Translations under genes and position numbers: made by a program | NCBI RefSeq assembly: GCF_000497125.1 | Contig: NC_090601.1 | Coordinates: 1,426,001 to 1,490,000, forward strand | Reading direction: 5' to 3' | Source: Spironucleus salmonicida | Taxonomy: Eukaryota | Length of the DNA stretch: 64,000 bases | In this document: in pieces, positions 41,130 through 54,569 of the stretch | Position numbering within the stretch: position 1 is the stretch's first letter | Layout of the letters: each line of letters opens with the position of its first letter | Notes under the pieces: model-generated | Databases searched by the model: none | Told to the model about the DNA's origin: nothing | Seen by the model: only the letters and a program-made list of their open reading frames with translations

Positions 41130-42029
41130 ATGAATCATGTAAAAACAATTTCCGACCATTCTGCGCCTATTTAATGCGTTAAAGTATCGCGATAATACGA
41201 TTTAGTAGCTTCTTCATCACTGGATCTTACAGTTAAAGTGTATAAACTGTCAACTTTCGAACTTCTTCAAACACTAACATTTGCAACTACTCCACGTTCG
41301 TTTGATTTCTCAGATTCAAAACTATTTGTTTCTAATTATGATGCTTCTGTATCGATATATAATTTCGATTAGGAAGTAAATGAATTTATCCTAGTTAATA
41401 AACTAGAAAATTTAACAGAAAAAGAAATCAAATCTATCTCAGCAAATCGGACATAATTTGCGATATGTTCTAGAGATCGCTCAGTCAGCATTTGGAATAT
41501 AGATGAAGTTTGTATTTTCCATTCTAAAATTCACAATTAAGATGTAAAATCAATTGATTTTGATGGTTAGAATTTAGTGTCAACCAGCTATGATAATAGC
41601 ATTGTATTTTATTAAAAGATTGATGGCGATTTTGAGGTTACTAATGCTATTAATTCAACTGTTCAAGGTGATTCTATTGGTCCACTGGATTTTGTTTAAA
41701 ATAACACAATTTTTTGTGCCAAACTGCTAAGAAACTAAAGAGCAATAAGTGCTGGCGGGGATGGTTGTATCAGACTTTATAATAATTAGCAGCAAGTGGC
41801 ATGTTATCAACTAAGCCAATGTGCACTATATTCTATCGGAGTTTCTGGTGATTTAGTTGCTATTTGTGGAGAGGAAGGAAAACTATTCGTAGTACAGATC
41901 ACAGAAAATATTAACTTTTAATACGAAATGCTGTTAAATAAAGGGGAATTAAACTGTGTTGAAGTTTCAGATGATATGATTTTTGTTGGAGGTGATGATG
42001 GCTGTGTTAGAGTATTTTAATGCTAGTGA
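41130..42029 (+). CDS. CIA1: WD40 protein, cytosolic Fe-S assembly factor CIA1/CIAO1
   Basis: KEIKSIS, CSRDRSVSIW, HNQDVK, STSYDNSI. Confidence 0.8.
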
Positions 42030-42296
42030 CAATATTTTTCTCTAAAGTGTATTACTTTTTATTATATTCTTCTTACATATTTTAAATAGCATTAATTTCT
42101 ATATTTAGTATGACTTCATAGTATTTAACACCTAGAAAATCCTACAGTTGGTGAAAGGTGAGATTTTAATTTAATTTAAATTCTATTCTATTTTATGCAT
42201 TAGCTATGCAAAAATCAATTTCACAAAAATTTTATTACACAAAAAATTATGAAACATCGAAATATTATATATACTAAATATTTTCCACTCTAGTTA

Positions 42297-43319
42297 ATGC
42301 TGCCTTTATTAAATTAAATTATTTAGTTTACGCCAGATACATTATAAGACAAAGATAACTATCTTCTTGCATATATATATCCAACTACTCCATTCATCAT
42401 GAATGAACTTTTAGCGCTTTAATAAGTAGCAAATTTTACAGTGGCAACTATTAACTGTTAGATTTTTACTGATTTCTGTGCAAACATCACAGATTATCCT
42501 ACAATTTAATATACATCTAATAATTATTCGTACATACATGCTGGTATTAAGTCGAAGAATCAAATGCTTCAATTTGTTTAACAGAAAAACCAACCAATTA
42601 TTACCAATAGATGTAACAAATTTGACCCTTGCTTCACTATTTTTTATAGTGCAGAAACCGATCTTAATTAATACAATTTTGCTCGTGGAAATTATAACTT
42701 TTAGTTTCAAGAAAGTGACTCAGAATTTGTAAAAGTGACTCATTAGGACCATACCAAATCTTTTTATTCTATAGGTAATGTGAAAGATCTTTTTAGTCAA
42801 TTTAAGAATGGTATTTTTCCGGAACTCAGAATGGATAATTTTTAATAGATAATGTCTAATAACCGCAACATTACTATCTTAGCTTTAGATGAAAATAGTA
42901 ATTTTACTGATGAATTTTTATAAAATTACTAAGAAAGTCTACCAATTTGTTATATAAATGCCAGTTAATGGAAAGGATTTTTAGGAAATTTTGATCTTCA
43001 GGATTACCCAGGAGTAGTCGTGATTTTAAACCTTGATAGTTAAGTTTAAGTTTTTAGAAAGGGTGGAATCAAATCTAGTTCAGAAGCTCTATAATTTGTG
43101 TAGAATGTATAGTCTGGACTTGAAATTGCAATAGAAATTAAAATACGTGGAAAATATGGACTAATGGAAGTTTTTGTATTTGGAATGTTTTTCTTAATAG
43201 TAGCATTTAGCGTATGGTTTGTATGCTGTAGAAAACCGGAAATCGATGATGATGAAGAAGATGAATAAACATAGGTATCGTAACCTAAGTAGACTGATGT
43301 AGGGAAAAAGAAAGACTGA
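42297..43319 (+). CDS. Thioredoxin-fold type I ER membrane protein (TMX/PDI-like, no CXXC)
   Basis: VATINC...C...DYPTI thioredoxin signature, C-terminal TM segment, acidic tail and KKKD ER-retrieval motif. Confidence 0.7.
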
Positions 43320-43334
43320 TACAATTAACTAAAA

Positions 43335-45176
43335 TCACTATTTATATTTATTTGTTACTCTTTTTGTAACTACAGTGATACTAATAAGTACGAAACCAAA
43401 AGATAAAGTAAACCAGAAGATTAATAATAATAATTACTTCTTTATTATAAACTCATCGCTCATTGCACATAATTAACTGTATAAAATACTCAATCCTATT
43501 TGAGCGTCCCTGATTTTAGCACCATTAACATAACTTGGACAAATCATTACTCTGAATATTCCAGTTTCATTTTCTAATGCAAAAACAAAGTAATCTCGAG
43601 TTTTAAATATGCGTTCATCGATTGTAACAAATTTGAACTTTAATTTGTCAATTTCCCATATAATTATCTTATAGCTTTGTTCTTATTCAATCTAAATATG
43701 AGTATAAATTTATTAAGTTTTAGTAATATTTCTTTAGCTAAAGACAGAAATTGACGCCTAGTTTCTAAATCCTTAATTATATAAAGCCATCTTAAAGTCC
43801 ATTTTCGGAATACTTCCATAGTCGCCTTTTTCTACTTTTTCTATATCACTTTGTGAGCAAATCATAACCTTAACCTCTTCAGGTGACAAAAAATTAAAAT
43901 TTTACATAGTATGATACATATATGTAAGGAAATTCTACTTCTATATTTGCCCTATATAAAATACCTTTTCAACAAAGATAGAGTTGAATAGCACATAAAT
44001 ATGATAACCTGCTAATAAATTCATTTAATCGATCGTAACTGTTGTATGAAGCATATTATCCTAATTTGCAGTGATTATATCTTTACATTCAAAACATCGA
44101 AATATAATTATTAACTTAATAGAAACAAATTAGGAACTGAAAAATGTTTTATTATAATAAGTTTCTTCACTTTAAAAATTTTAAACATTTTGAATTCCCA
44201 TTAAAATATTATTTTCTCCTTATGGGTGAGGATAAACAGTGCTTTGTACATACTATGATAACTAAACTATTGTTAACTCTGTATATATATTCAAATCGTT
44301 GTCAACATTACGCTAACGAAATACAGACTTTGATGTGAGAAACTAACCAGCCCATAAAATTTGTTAAAGTTCAAATGCATTAATTCCTAGGAATAAGGTT
44401 TGTATTTAACTTGAAAATAACATACTTCCTATAACAGTAGCAAGGATATCATAATTGTTTTAGTCTGATTATAATGCAAGTTATACTGAAATTGACTCAA
44501 AACAATTGAAATTGATAAGTTATTATCCACTTAATTCTATTGGACAAATTGGTAGATTCGTTATAAATTAAGATGTAAGTTTATTGAATATAGTACTATA
44601 TATTTGAAATTTACCTTTATTAATTTTTTAATTACTGTAAGTAACTTTATTTATGACTTGCTAATCCGAGGCTCCGGTTAAAGCAAATATTTCCTCTACA
44701 ATTTATGTAAATAATAATACTAATTAATCGTTAAATTAACTTAGAAAATCTGAATAATTAGCAGAAATTTATAGAGTAATATTTTTTATATTATAGTTAC
44801 AAGATATTAATGGCATCACAATAGCATCAACTTACTGTGATTAATACTACTGTAAAGCATCCTAAACATCTCCTAGATTAAAATTATCCTTGAGAAGAAT
44901 TTTATGAATCGTTCCAGAGCCAGACAACTTATATGCGGTATTAACAAAAGAATCTAAATAATCTGAATTTGTACCTATTATTATCATTTTTTGATATACA
45001 CTACTAAACTATGACTGAAGCAAACTCCATTTTAACGCAGAGGATGTAAACGCCGAAGAAATAGGTTCCTTGACTAATGGATAGTAATAATTAGTATTAT
45101 TTATTGATATAGGTGAGCAAAGATTCATTCTCAGTAAACGCTACTGATCAGTAAGTAACGCAATTATTTGAATCAT
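43335..45176 (-). CDS. Hypothetical membrane protein (613 aa)
   Basis: Short hydrophobic leader MIQIIALL and C-terminal TM segment; ends TAG TGA. Confidence 0.6.
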
Positions 45177-45274
45177 ATTCACTTTTCCAATATTATTATA
45201 TAATTTAATATATACAATTTACTTAATATTTAAAAGTAAATAAAATATGATTACTATATAAACTATAATGTATG

Positions 45275-46492
45275 TCAGACTTCCTGTAATTCAGTATTTA
45301 AAATTTATTCTATTTCATTTAAGAACTGAAATTACTTATATGTTTCTTCATGTCCTCTATTAAGCTATACTTACATCTCATATATACGTTCGTCCTAAGA
45401 CTATAATTTTCGAGCCTATTTACTTGTGTCTCTAGCTTCTTACAGTTTTGTTCGTGTCTCTTATAACTCCGATCTTAAAATGCTCATTTATATTTCAAAG
45501 TCATATTATTACTACTTATTTGACCTTTATAATTATTAATGCATTTGAGTAATTGATTTAAGCTATGAGTTCAATGATCTAACTTCAAATTTTAAAGATT
45601 CATTTCTCTTTTAATAATTCTCTGTTACGTTACTTGAATGCTTTAGAGCAGTTATTTCAATATTATTTTACTCTAATTCAATATTTTAGGTTGTAATAGT
45701 ATCTTATAATTACTTGACATAATTAGCATCCTAAACTACTTTTGTCTTATCTAGAGAAGAATCATTCTTAACATCGTTTTAATATTAATAAAACTACTTC
45801 TCTAGATCAATCCTTTTAAGTCTCATTTTATTTATCTTAGCTTTTAGATTGTTATTTTCTTCTAGAAGTTCTTTATTTTCACTAGAAAATTAGGATTACT
45901 ATTGTTTCATACCTTAATGTAATTGAATTAGTAATAACTTTTTATCCTTAAATGCTTCATCATATTGGGATATAGTAGATGTTAACTCATTTATTTCAGC
46001 TTTTAATTAATTACAATTTGTACAACTACTAACAATTTTGAAAAGCTTTGGATCTTGTGCTAATTATTCAGATATAAATGAAGTTTTTTCTTTTGATACT
46101 AAAGTTTTATATAATTTTTCGTTATCCTTCTGATATTAATTTTGTGAAATTTTCAATCCGGTTACGGTTTGTTATAAATCTTAAATCTAAATTTTATAAT
46201 ATTATACAGAATCTGGAAAAGCATTTGCTGTATTGTTTAACGATGAAATTGTCGTAGTGTATTTTTCAACTTCATTTTATAGTGCAGAATTTTCATGTTA
46301 TAATGTATTTTTCTATTGCAAAAGTTCCTTAATTTAGTTTTAGTAAAATGAATTATCGACATTTTAAGAAGCTTCTAGTTACTTTTTATATTATTATAAT
46401 TATTTTTCTGAATAGTTGAGTTACTTCTATAGACTTTCCATCTATAGCTACTGACCAGTAGATTTATAATTAGTTGCAGATTTTAGCGTCAT
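45275..46492 (-). CDS. Coiled-coil hypothetical protein (405 aa)
   Basis: Q/E/K/L heptad-like composition; start and stop are in the same frame. Confidence 0.6.
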
Positions 46493-47196
46493 TTATAATA
46501 ATTTAGCATTAATATATGATAATAGTATAAATTATTAATTGAAATAAAATTACTTTCTTTATTTTCAAAATAAGTAGAACAAGAATTATTAAAATAGATA
46601 ATATTAGGTCTTTTACTAGTTAATTGACGTATTTCTTATATTGGATATCTTCTTAAATATTTCTAAAATAACTGTGATTAATTCCAAGAATGTTATATTT
46701 CTAAGAGAAACTTTAGTGTATCTTAAAATTACAAATAGATATTCCACAATTTATTGAATTTTAATATATTCTAAAAGGTTATGTGATAGTAATACTTTCA
46801 GTATTTCTAATTTTGAACTATTATTTTTTTTAATCTATAAATTTCGCATTACTTTATAAATTACAATTTACCATTGGTTAAAGCTTTATTTACCTAATAC
46901 TTATGATTATATTGTATGTTTTAGTTAATTTATTAATATTTTTCGTATTTTAACCTATATGATGTAGCATAAGAAATAATACATGCGATTATAAATCTCA
47001 ATTTATATTTTAATAAGATGATATAAACTTAAAAAACGAGATAATAGTTTTACCACAATTATGGCTCAAGGGCACTGTTAAATTAGTCATTAAAGTTCAT
47101 TAAATTATCAAGAAATTAAATAAGTTACTTCCCCAATTACTACTTCAGAGAATATAGTTATTTATTATATAATATAGATTTATAATAAAATAATAA

Positions 47197-47751
47197 ATGA
47201 TTTGCTGTGCAGTACCATCAGAAAATTTGCAAGAGAAACTAGAATCTCTTGAACATGATCTTATTGATATAAATTCACCACTTGCATAACTTCATACAGT
47301 AGTATATGAAACTCGTAAAAATAATTCTGCCCTCTAAAGATAGTTAAATCAGTCTAAAATAGATCATAATGGAATCCTTGCTGAACGAGAACGACATTAA
47401 GCATAAAAAGATGGATTAGCCAAATTAAGTGTTGAATTAGATTAAGAATAATAATATTTAGATAAATAGGTTTAATAATTTTAGTATGAGTTCGAAACAT
47501 TTCAAACTGAAGATTTTTTCGAAAATGAAGATAAAGTTAAACTCATAGAGTGCATTAACTTGCATAAAACTTTATATCAAAGTAAATGGGATAAATTTGA
47601 GGATACAAGGATTGAAATTGAAACCTTAAAATCATAACTAAATAGGACAAATTATAGGTATCATTGCCCTTACAAAGCTGGAGCTTTAGGAACTATTCAA
47701 CGACTTTGGAGAAGTTTTCTTCGAGTAGTTAGATTCGATTTTTTAGAATGA
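47197..47751 (+). CDS. Coiled-coil protein with IQ-like motif (184 aa)
   Basis: MICC N-terminus; GTIQRLWRSFL near the C-terminus. Confidence 0.55.
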
Positions 47752-47966
47752 AGTTTATTATTAACTATTAGATAAAAAGATCTAGAAATAATATCCCTTA
47801 AAGCTATCGAAAAAAGAAAATAATAATATAAAAATTTATTTAGTTATGAAAGTCTATAACTTTTATTAATTGCAAAAGAGCTATACTGAAGACTGTGTTC
47901 CTTAAATTTAATATCATTTTAATTTTTACTTTATCAAAACATTGTACTAAAAATAATTCACTAGTT

Positions 47967-48920
47967 TCATACTTCTTATACTTCATCAATATCAAAGTTT
48001 GATAATTCTTCGCTATCTCTAGCATTCTAACAGTTACTATTAATAACTCCATAGTAGTTATATATTTAATTTCTGATAGACAAGTCTTCCACAAAAAACA
48101 CTCTGGATAATATTATATTATCATTTTCTTTCCTTTTTCGTTACAAAGTTAACCATGCTAATTCAAATGCTCTTCTAATCAGCACGTAATTATATACAGG
48201 CCCTCCAATATCCTTACCATCAATAATAATACTAAGTTAATTACCACTATACACTTTTCGTCGCTAAATTTTTTAATTGTTAATCTCCATATCGTTAGAA
48301 TTAAATTTTGTACCATAAAATTCAAAAAAATTTAGCAAAACTTATCCACTATTTTATTTTGCTATTTCATCTTTTTTGAATTTAAAAAATGCTAAAACAA
48401 GTTCTATAAGAATCCGACTACTGCAGCCGCCAGTATGTGGTTTATGTAACTATCTATTTTTTAAAAATATCTTTATTAATAATAAAATCTGTTTTTCTTT
48501 TTCTTATAGATTGTGGCAATCCTGAATATCATTCTATACCTCTGGACCACCGTTAGATACATCAAATTCTAGAAACGTATTTCTATCCACACATTAGAGA
48601 ATTGGAACTTTAGCTTGAATATAACTAGTTTTAGCGAAAAACTATAACAAAGGCTCAATTCTTCGTAAATTAAAATTCTCAACGCCAATATCAATATCGG
48701 AGAAAAATAATGATAAATTTGCCGGAAATGACCCATACGAATACACAATTCCTGAAGGAACAGCTTTCCGGATATTTGAAATAACGTCAGTTCTCGCTTA
48801 TTTTTCCAACGGTGATAAAGAGTTAAAAGCTAAAAAAAGCTCTATTTCTTCACTTAACTATTCATAATGCTGCAAATGATGTGTAATCTCTTTGCTAAGC
48901 CACTAAATTTTGCTTGTCAT
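47967..48920 (-). CDS. TRF4: Non-canonical poly(A) polymerase (TRF4/PAPD5 family)
   Basis: YGSFPANLSLFFSDIDI, AKVPIL, FDVS, HTGGCSS. Confidence 0.85.
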
Positions 48921-48992
48921 TAAAGGAGTGGAAATTTATATACTATTTATTATATACAAAATTACTATTTATTTTCCAACCACTTCAAATCA

Positions 48993-50057
48993 ATGTCGAG
49001 TCAAAAGTCTTATTTGATCCTAGGCGGATCTGGATTCATAGCCAGGCACGTTTTAGCCTACTTGGCTGATGAATCAACTACCCAGTCTATCACGATCGCC
49101 GACAAGCTTCCATTTGAGCTCTCAAACCCAACACCATCATAAACTGAAATCCTTGAAAATCAGGAGCTTTGCAGCTTCATTCAAGCAGATTTAACGCGTT
49201 AAGACCATTTAGACCGCGTTTTCAACTAAAAATTTGATACAATAATAAATTGTGCAGGAACTTCTGAGCTAGGCTTAGACCCAGAAATTTACACTAAAAA
49301 CATCGTCTAACTAGCTAAATTAACTGTATAACGTGCCAAAAATGCTCACTATGTGTATATTTCAGATGCAAAAGTCTACAAAGCTGACACTAAAAGTTTA
49401 TCTGAAAGCTCCAAAATTCAGCCTTAGAACGCACTTGCAGCGGCTCATTTAGAGGCCGAAAATGTAGTTAAATCCCTGAAAAACTCTCTGATTTTGCGCG
49501 TTAGCGGCGTCTATGGACCAGGAGAGCGTTTCTGCGTTATGCCCAGAGTGGTTTTGGCCAGTTTGTACCAGCTAAAACTCAAAACGGTGCTAAAGCTGCC
49601 ATTCACCGCAAAAACGTCGTTTTCGACTGTTCACGTCCGTGATGTTGCAAAATTCGCGTGTTCATCGATTTCTGGAGTTTTCAACGTTTCAGATCCTGGT
49701 TTCACAACGCTAAATGATATTAATGATATATTAATGACTATTTATAAAAATGATCTGAAAATTGAGTTCTTGAGTGGAGCGGTAAATTTAGCGCTTAAAG
49801 CTGCTACCAAACTGGCTGCTGAGAGCATCAATTAGTAGCATATGAAACCTTGGGGGGAGTTGTGCAAGGAGCTTAAATTAGAAAGCGATTTAAGCCCTTT
49901 CATGAGCTATGAATCGCTCCAGGAGGCTAATTTCAACATTGATGGGACTGCAATTTCTAAGGCAACTGGAGAGGAATATAGGCATTAGAAGATTAATGCT
50001 GGACTTGTTTTAGAAGAGATCAACTTCTGGAGGAAGTTAAAAGCGTTGCCTGAGTGA
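48993..50057 (+). CDS. NAD-dependent epimerase/dehydratase (extended SDR)
   Basis: LILGGSGFIA, LRVSGVYGPG, TVHVRDVA. Confidence 0.88.
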
Positions 50058-50676
50058 TGGGGTATTTAAATATGGGAAAGGTTGTGATTATAAGTTATAT
50101 AGAAGCTATTTAAAAGGTTACATAAAATTTTATAGTGAAAAACATAAAAGTTGTGTAACGACTGAAATAAAATTATTTTGTAAATGGTACATGTTTCTTG
50201 AGGTTAATGAGAATAATTGCTTTCTTACTATCGTCCACTGAGGAAAAAACATAAATATAATATTATATTTAGTAATTAATTAGTATTCTATGAATTAAGC
50301 TATCTATTTTTTGATAAAGGCAATACAAATATATGGCTTATTTGTTTAGCTATCAACATTGCTAAAATTGACAGCAGAATAGTTTCTTTTTATAATTCTT
50401 ATTTGATAGAAATTTATATAGTATAAATTGTTGTAGATAAAATTTTACAAATTTTATTGAAAGATAATGCAGGTAATTTCCTACATTAAATATTATTGTA
50501 CTTAAAAATATTAAAATTAGATAAATAACTAATAATATCTATAGTACTACTTAGATATTAAAATATACTATTTATGTAGACGTTTAATAATTATTTACTT
50601 GACAGAAACATCAAGATTTAAATCATATTGATATGAATTAGCATAATTTTTATATCACAAGCTTGTCAATGTATAA

Positions 50677-51039
50677 ATGCACAAAATGAGTTCAAAGCTA
50701 CTGAAAAAAGGAGCATATCTCTATTCCTCTAAGTAATTTATGCCTTTATAATAACATTCTTTTATTTCATACTCTTAAGACCAGAAATTGGTGTCTGAAA
50801 TACGGATACCGATTTTTGATTAAAATAGTATGTAATTTAGTATTACTTCGTCTGATTCTGAATCTTTTACCGAAGATAAACCTCACAAAATAAAAGTTTA
50901 TATAAGGTAGGACAAGATTGTAGCAAGAGGCCTGCTAATTCGAGTCAATGAGATGGAGATCATAACAAAAAGTCTGCAGATCCAGTTAAAAGAGATGAAA
51001 TCGATATGCAGAATGCAAATATGTAAGATTGATCGTTGA
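50677..51039 (+). CDS. Hypothetical protein (~120 aa)
   Basis: Open ORF after an AT-rich spacer; no recognisable motif. Confidence 0.3.
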
Positions 51040-51496
51040 ATAGACACCCGTCGTGGATTTCATTAGGAGAATCCCTCTATGCAGTAATTATTACGTTATC
51101 ATCTACATATCCAATTTTATATCCATTCTATAGCTTAGGAATAAAACGCACTTTTACCATAAGCTCTTACCAATCATATTACCAAAAATTACGCACAATG
51201 TGCCTTTCAGATACACATCCAATTCTGCCTTTATTCCTTCGATCCTAAAATCCACTAACCCATAATTCTTGATTCACCTACTCCACACTCCCTACAAACC
51301 GTCTATTCTCGACCCTAAATCTGCCTAATTATCCAGCTCTACCAACCTCCTCCTCCTCTTGCCCCCAATCTCCTAAATTTTAACTCAGCCTTCTCTACAA
51401 CGTGCAAACGCTATAAAACACACAATATGCCATTTCCGTACCCCCTTCTTAATATTCAAATTTTCTATTCCCCCAAACAGCTCCAAACGCTTCCAC

Positions 51497-52168
51497 TCAC
51501 TCAGCAGCCTTCAATTTCACGAGAAAATTGTTCTGTCCGTCCAGCAAATTGTTGAAAATCACAGCAGGAACGTTTCCGCACGGATCGCAGTGGCACACGC
51601 TCGTGACCCTGCACTTTCCTGGCTCAATTTCCTCGTAGAGCAGCCCGCTCAAAAGCTGTCCCCTGACGGCCTTTTCGACGAATTTTTGGTCACAATCTAC
51701 ACTAGCGGTAACGACGAGCACCTTCTGCGCCTCCCCGCTCAAATCGAACATCGTCCTGCCCATCGTAAACTCCCTTCTTGCGACTAAAGGAACGGAAGAA
51801 TCCATGCACTAATATAACATATATGTATTATTGTCCAAAATCTTTCCTTTTTCACACTCCAAAATCGCTTTTTTGGCGTCGTCCGAAATCGACGTGAATT
51901 TTCTGTAAACGGCCCTATTCTTGTCCTCGGGGCGCACCTCTTTGATCTTGTGGTCAAAAGCGAGCAGTTTCGCAACGGTCGAATCGATCAAAATCTCGCC
52001 TTTGATGGTCTCGAATTTGGAATTTGGCGTTGGGGCGTAGGACGCGTCGACAGCGTTTTTGTAGAGTTTGTGGTTCTTGAATGGGAGCGCAAAAAGTTCT
52101 AGTGCGCGTTTCTTGTGCGTTTCCGCGAGTTTGGTGGCGGTTTCGAGCGCTGTGGACGGAAATTCCAT
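51497..52168 (-). CDS. START-domain lipid-binding protein
   Basis: Listed ORFs 51809 and 51497 join through TAG; LVARREFT and CHCDPCGNVPAVIFN. Confidence 0.85.
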
Positions 52169-52313
52169 ATATGAAAATAGGAAGGGATAGTAGTATTATT
52201 GCTTAATATTATATAATAATTGGAATTGGGCGAATATGAAAAAATACGAATATGGAGTGTTTGGAAAGGATATAATAAGATATAGTTAAGTATATCATAA
52301 TTATAGTTAACAT

Positions 52314-52386
52314 GCTTCTATGGTGTAGTGGTTAGCACAGTGGACTTTAGATCCACCAGACATCAGTTCGAATCTGGTTAGAAGTG
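52314..52386 (+). tRNA. trnQ-UUA: tRNA-Gln(UUA), decoding UAA (and possibly UAG)
   Basis: Cloverleaf: acceptor GCTTCTA/TAGAAGT, D stem GTGT/GCAC, anticodon arm GTGGA-CT TTA GA-TCCAC, T arm ATCAG-TTCGAAT-CTGGT. The D-arm and anticodon-arm sequence is Gln-like. Confidence 0.92.
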
Positions 52387-52522
52387 AATTTTTCAATTAT
52401 ATTAATGAGAGAATATTACGCGAATGGAGCAATTAGAAAAATGGGTTGATTCAATTTTGTGTGCAGCAGATATTTTGAATGAGTAGGATAGGCTAAAGAC
52501 AATAGTAAATAGAATCCAGAAA

Positions 52523-53539
52523 TCACTCGTTCTGTAAAAGACATTCGCAGCATCCATAGAGGCCAATGTTATCCTGAAGAATAACGCTGATTCTTCTGTT
52601 TTTGACAATATGAGAGAGTCTACCCTTGTCATAAAGACCGTCCATAAACTTTTTGTTTACAAATGCATCCTTGAGAAGATCCATGTTCTTTGCCATGATA
52701 CCACCAGCAATAAATATTTCAGATGGCAAGAAGCCAGCACAAAGGTCAGAAATAGCACGACCGTAGAAGTTGAAGAAAATAGCCATGATCTTCTTGAAGG
52801 TCTCGTCACCTTTGTTAGCATTGATAGCAACGTGAGATGGCTGGTCATCTTCAGAAGCAGGAAGCGAGATTAGCTCAGAAACCATTTTGTCAGAACCACC
52901 AGTAACACCAAGATAAGCATTAAGCTGGGCTTCGGTTTTACCCATGAAGAACTGGGCAATGCAAGCAATGCCATTTCCAGATACGAAACGTTCATAAGAT
53001 ATGTGTTAGGAGTTGTGTTTTTTCTGCATGAAAACCACTAATTCATATTCAATAGGGCAAGATGGACCAAAACGAAGATGTCCACCTTCGCAAGGGAAAA
53101 CAGAAGTTTCAGCAACGTAACCTACACCAAGACCAGTACCTGCACCAAGATATAACTTGACGCCGTTATGTAAAGCATTGGGTACAATGATATCAACGGC
53201 TTCATTTGTGACGAATCTGGAAATAATCCACCATCCGATTGCCTGGAAGTCGTTAATGAATTTGACAGAGAAGCCCAGAGTAGAAGCAAATTCCTCAGAG
53301 TTATACTTGTATGCAGTATTTTCATTAGTCAATGTACAGTGTTTACCATCAACTGGTCCAGCCATAGCCAAACAGCAAGATTTTATACCTTTGATGCTAT
53401 GTTTAGAAATAAAATCTTAAATAGCAGAAATAAGAGTGGGGTGTTCACGAGTAACATAATACTCAGTATGAATCATATCTTTGCCATTTATAGAAGACAG
53501 ACGAAGGTTAGTACCACCAATATCACCTGTGATATACAT
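52523..53539 (-). CDS. glk: Glucokinase (bacterial Glk type)
   Basis: GDIGGTNLRL, AMAGPV, FINDF, GAGTGLG, CEGGH, IAGGI. Confidence 0.93.
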
Positions 53540-53746
53540 TAAGGGGAAAGGAATCTTCGATTTAAGATCAGTTATGAATGTTCGACTATTTAAGATCTAT
53601 CGCCTACTATTAGTTATAAGTCTAATAACTTATGACTAATTATTTCATACTATTCTTGATTATTATATTTTGATAGTTTAATCTTAAAGCTGTATTATAT
53701 TTATATATTATAATTTTTGATAGCAGCATCTAAAACTAAAAACTAG

Positions 53747-54391
53747 TCACTTTGTCCCATAACTAACACCAAACTTTTCCATGTTTAATTAAAATTATAT
53801 CTTGCTTATCCTTTCAATTTCATTTTAAATAATTTATCTTTCATAGAGCTCTTCAACTCCTCTAAATATTGTTGAATTTCGCTAAGGAGACAGCCTTTTA
53901 TTGCTAAGATTAAATTCTTTATTAGTAACGTCTACCTTAAGTTTCGACTTAAGTAATATAAATTTCTAAGAAAATTCTTTCAGAAATATTCGCTATCTTG
54001 GTTGTTTAAATTTTCTATAGTATTCGAATTAAGATTAAAAATCTGAAAACAGACCAAGCTGGTCATTTATTTATCTTGGCTCGGATGGAACAGACCTAAA
54101 TATATACGTTTTCAAAGGAACTTTTTCAGGCTACTTTTCAAACTAACTATCTAAATAACTGTTGCATTTGCTGGTGTTCTTGACTCTATATGTAAATTAT
54201 CGCAATTATTTAGTTTTTTAAGGAATTTTATAATATTCAGGAATCTGTTGTATAACTGTCTAAACAAATGCTTTAGACGGCGTTGTGAAGTTATAATAGG
54301 GAAGCTAAAATATAGACTATTTTATCCTGATACGTGATTCACGCGTGCTAAATTCTGGTGTTAGAAAAATCTGATTAACCGATTTCTACAT
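53747..54391 (-). CDS. Hypothetical protein (214 aa)
   Basis: Open under table 6; ends AAG TGA. Confidence 0.5.
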
Positions 54392-54569
54392 TTTAGAACT
54401 AAAATCATAATATATCTAATTTTTATTTTTATTTTAGTTATCTGGGGACAGAATAATCACATTATTTATCCTATTAAATATATTCTTATATAGTAAACTC
54501 CTAATTTCTACGGTTTTTACATTTTAAACCTATTGTAAATTTTTCCAACCCTGTGTTTAACCTCAAATA

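Noticed and set aside
50960-51433. 157-aa minus-strand ORF in a C-skewed tract downstream of the START gene
   Set aside because: It has no motif and overlaps another weak ORF, and long ORFs arise easily with only one stop codon. It may be a UTR.
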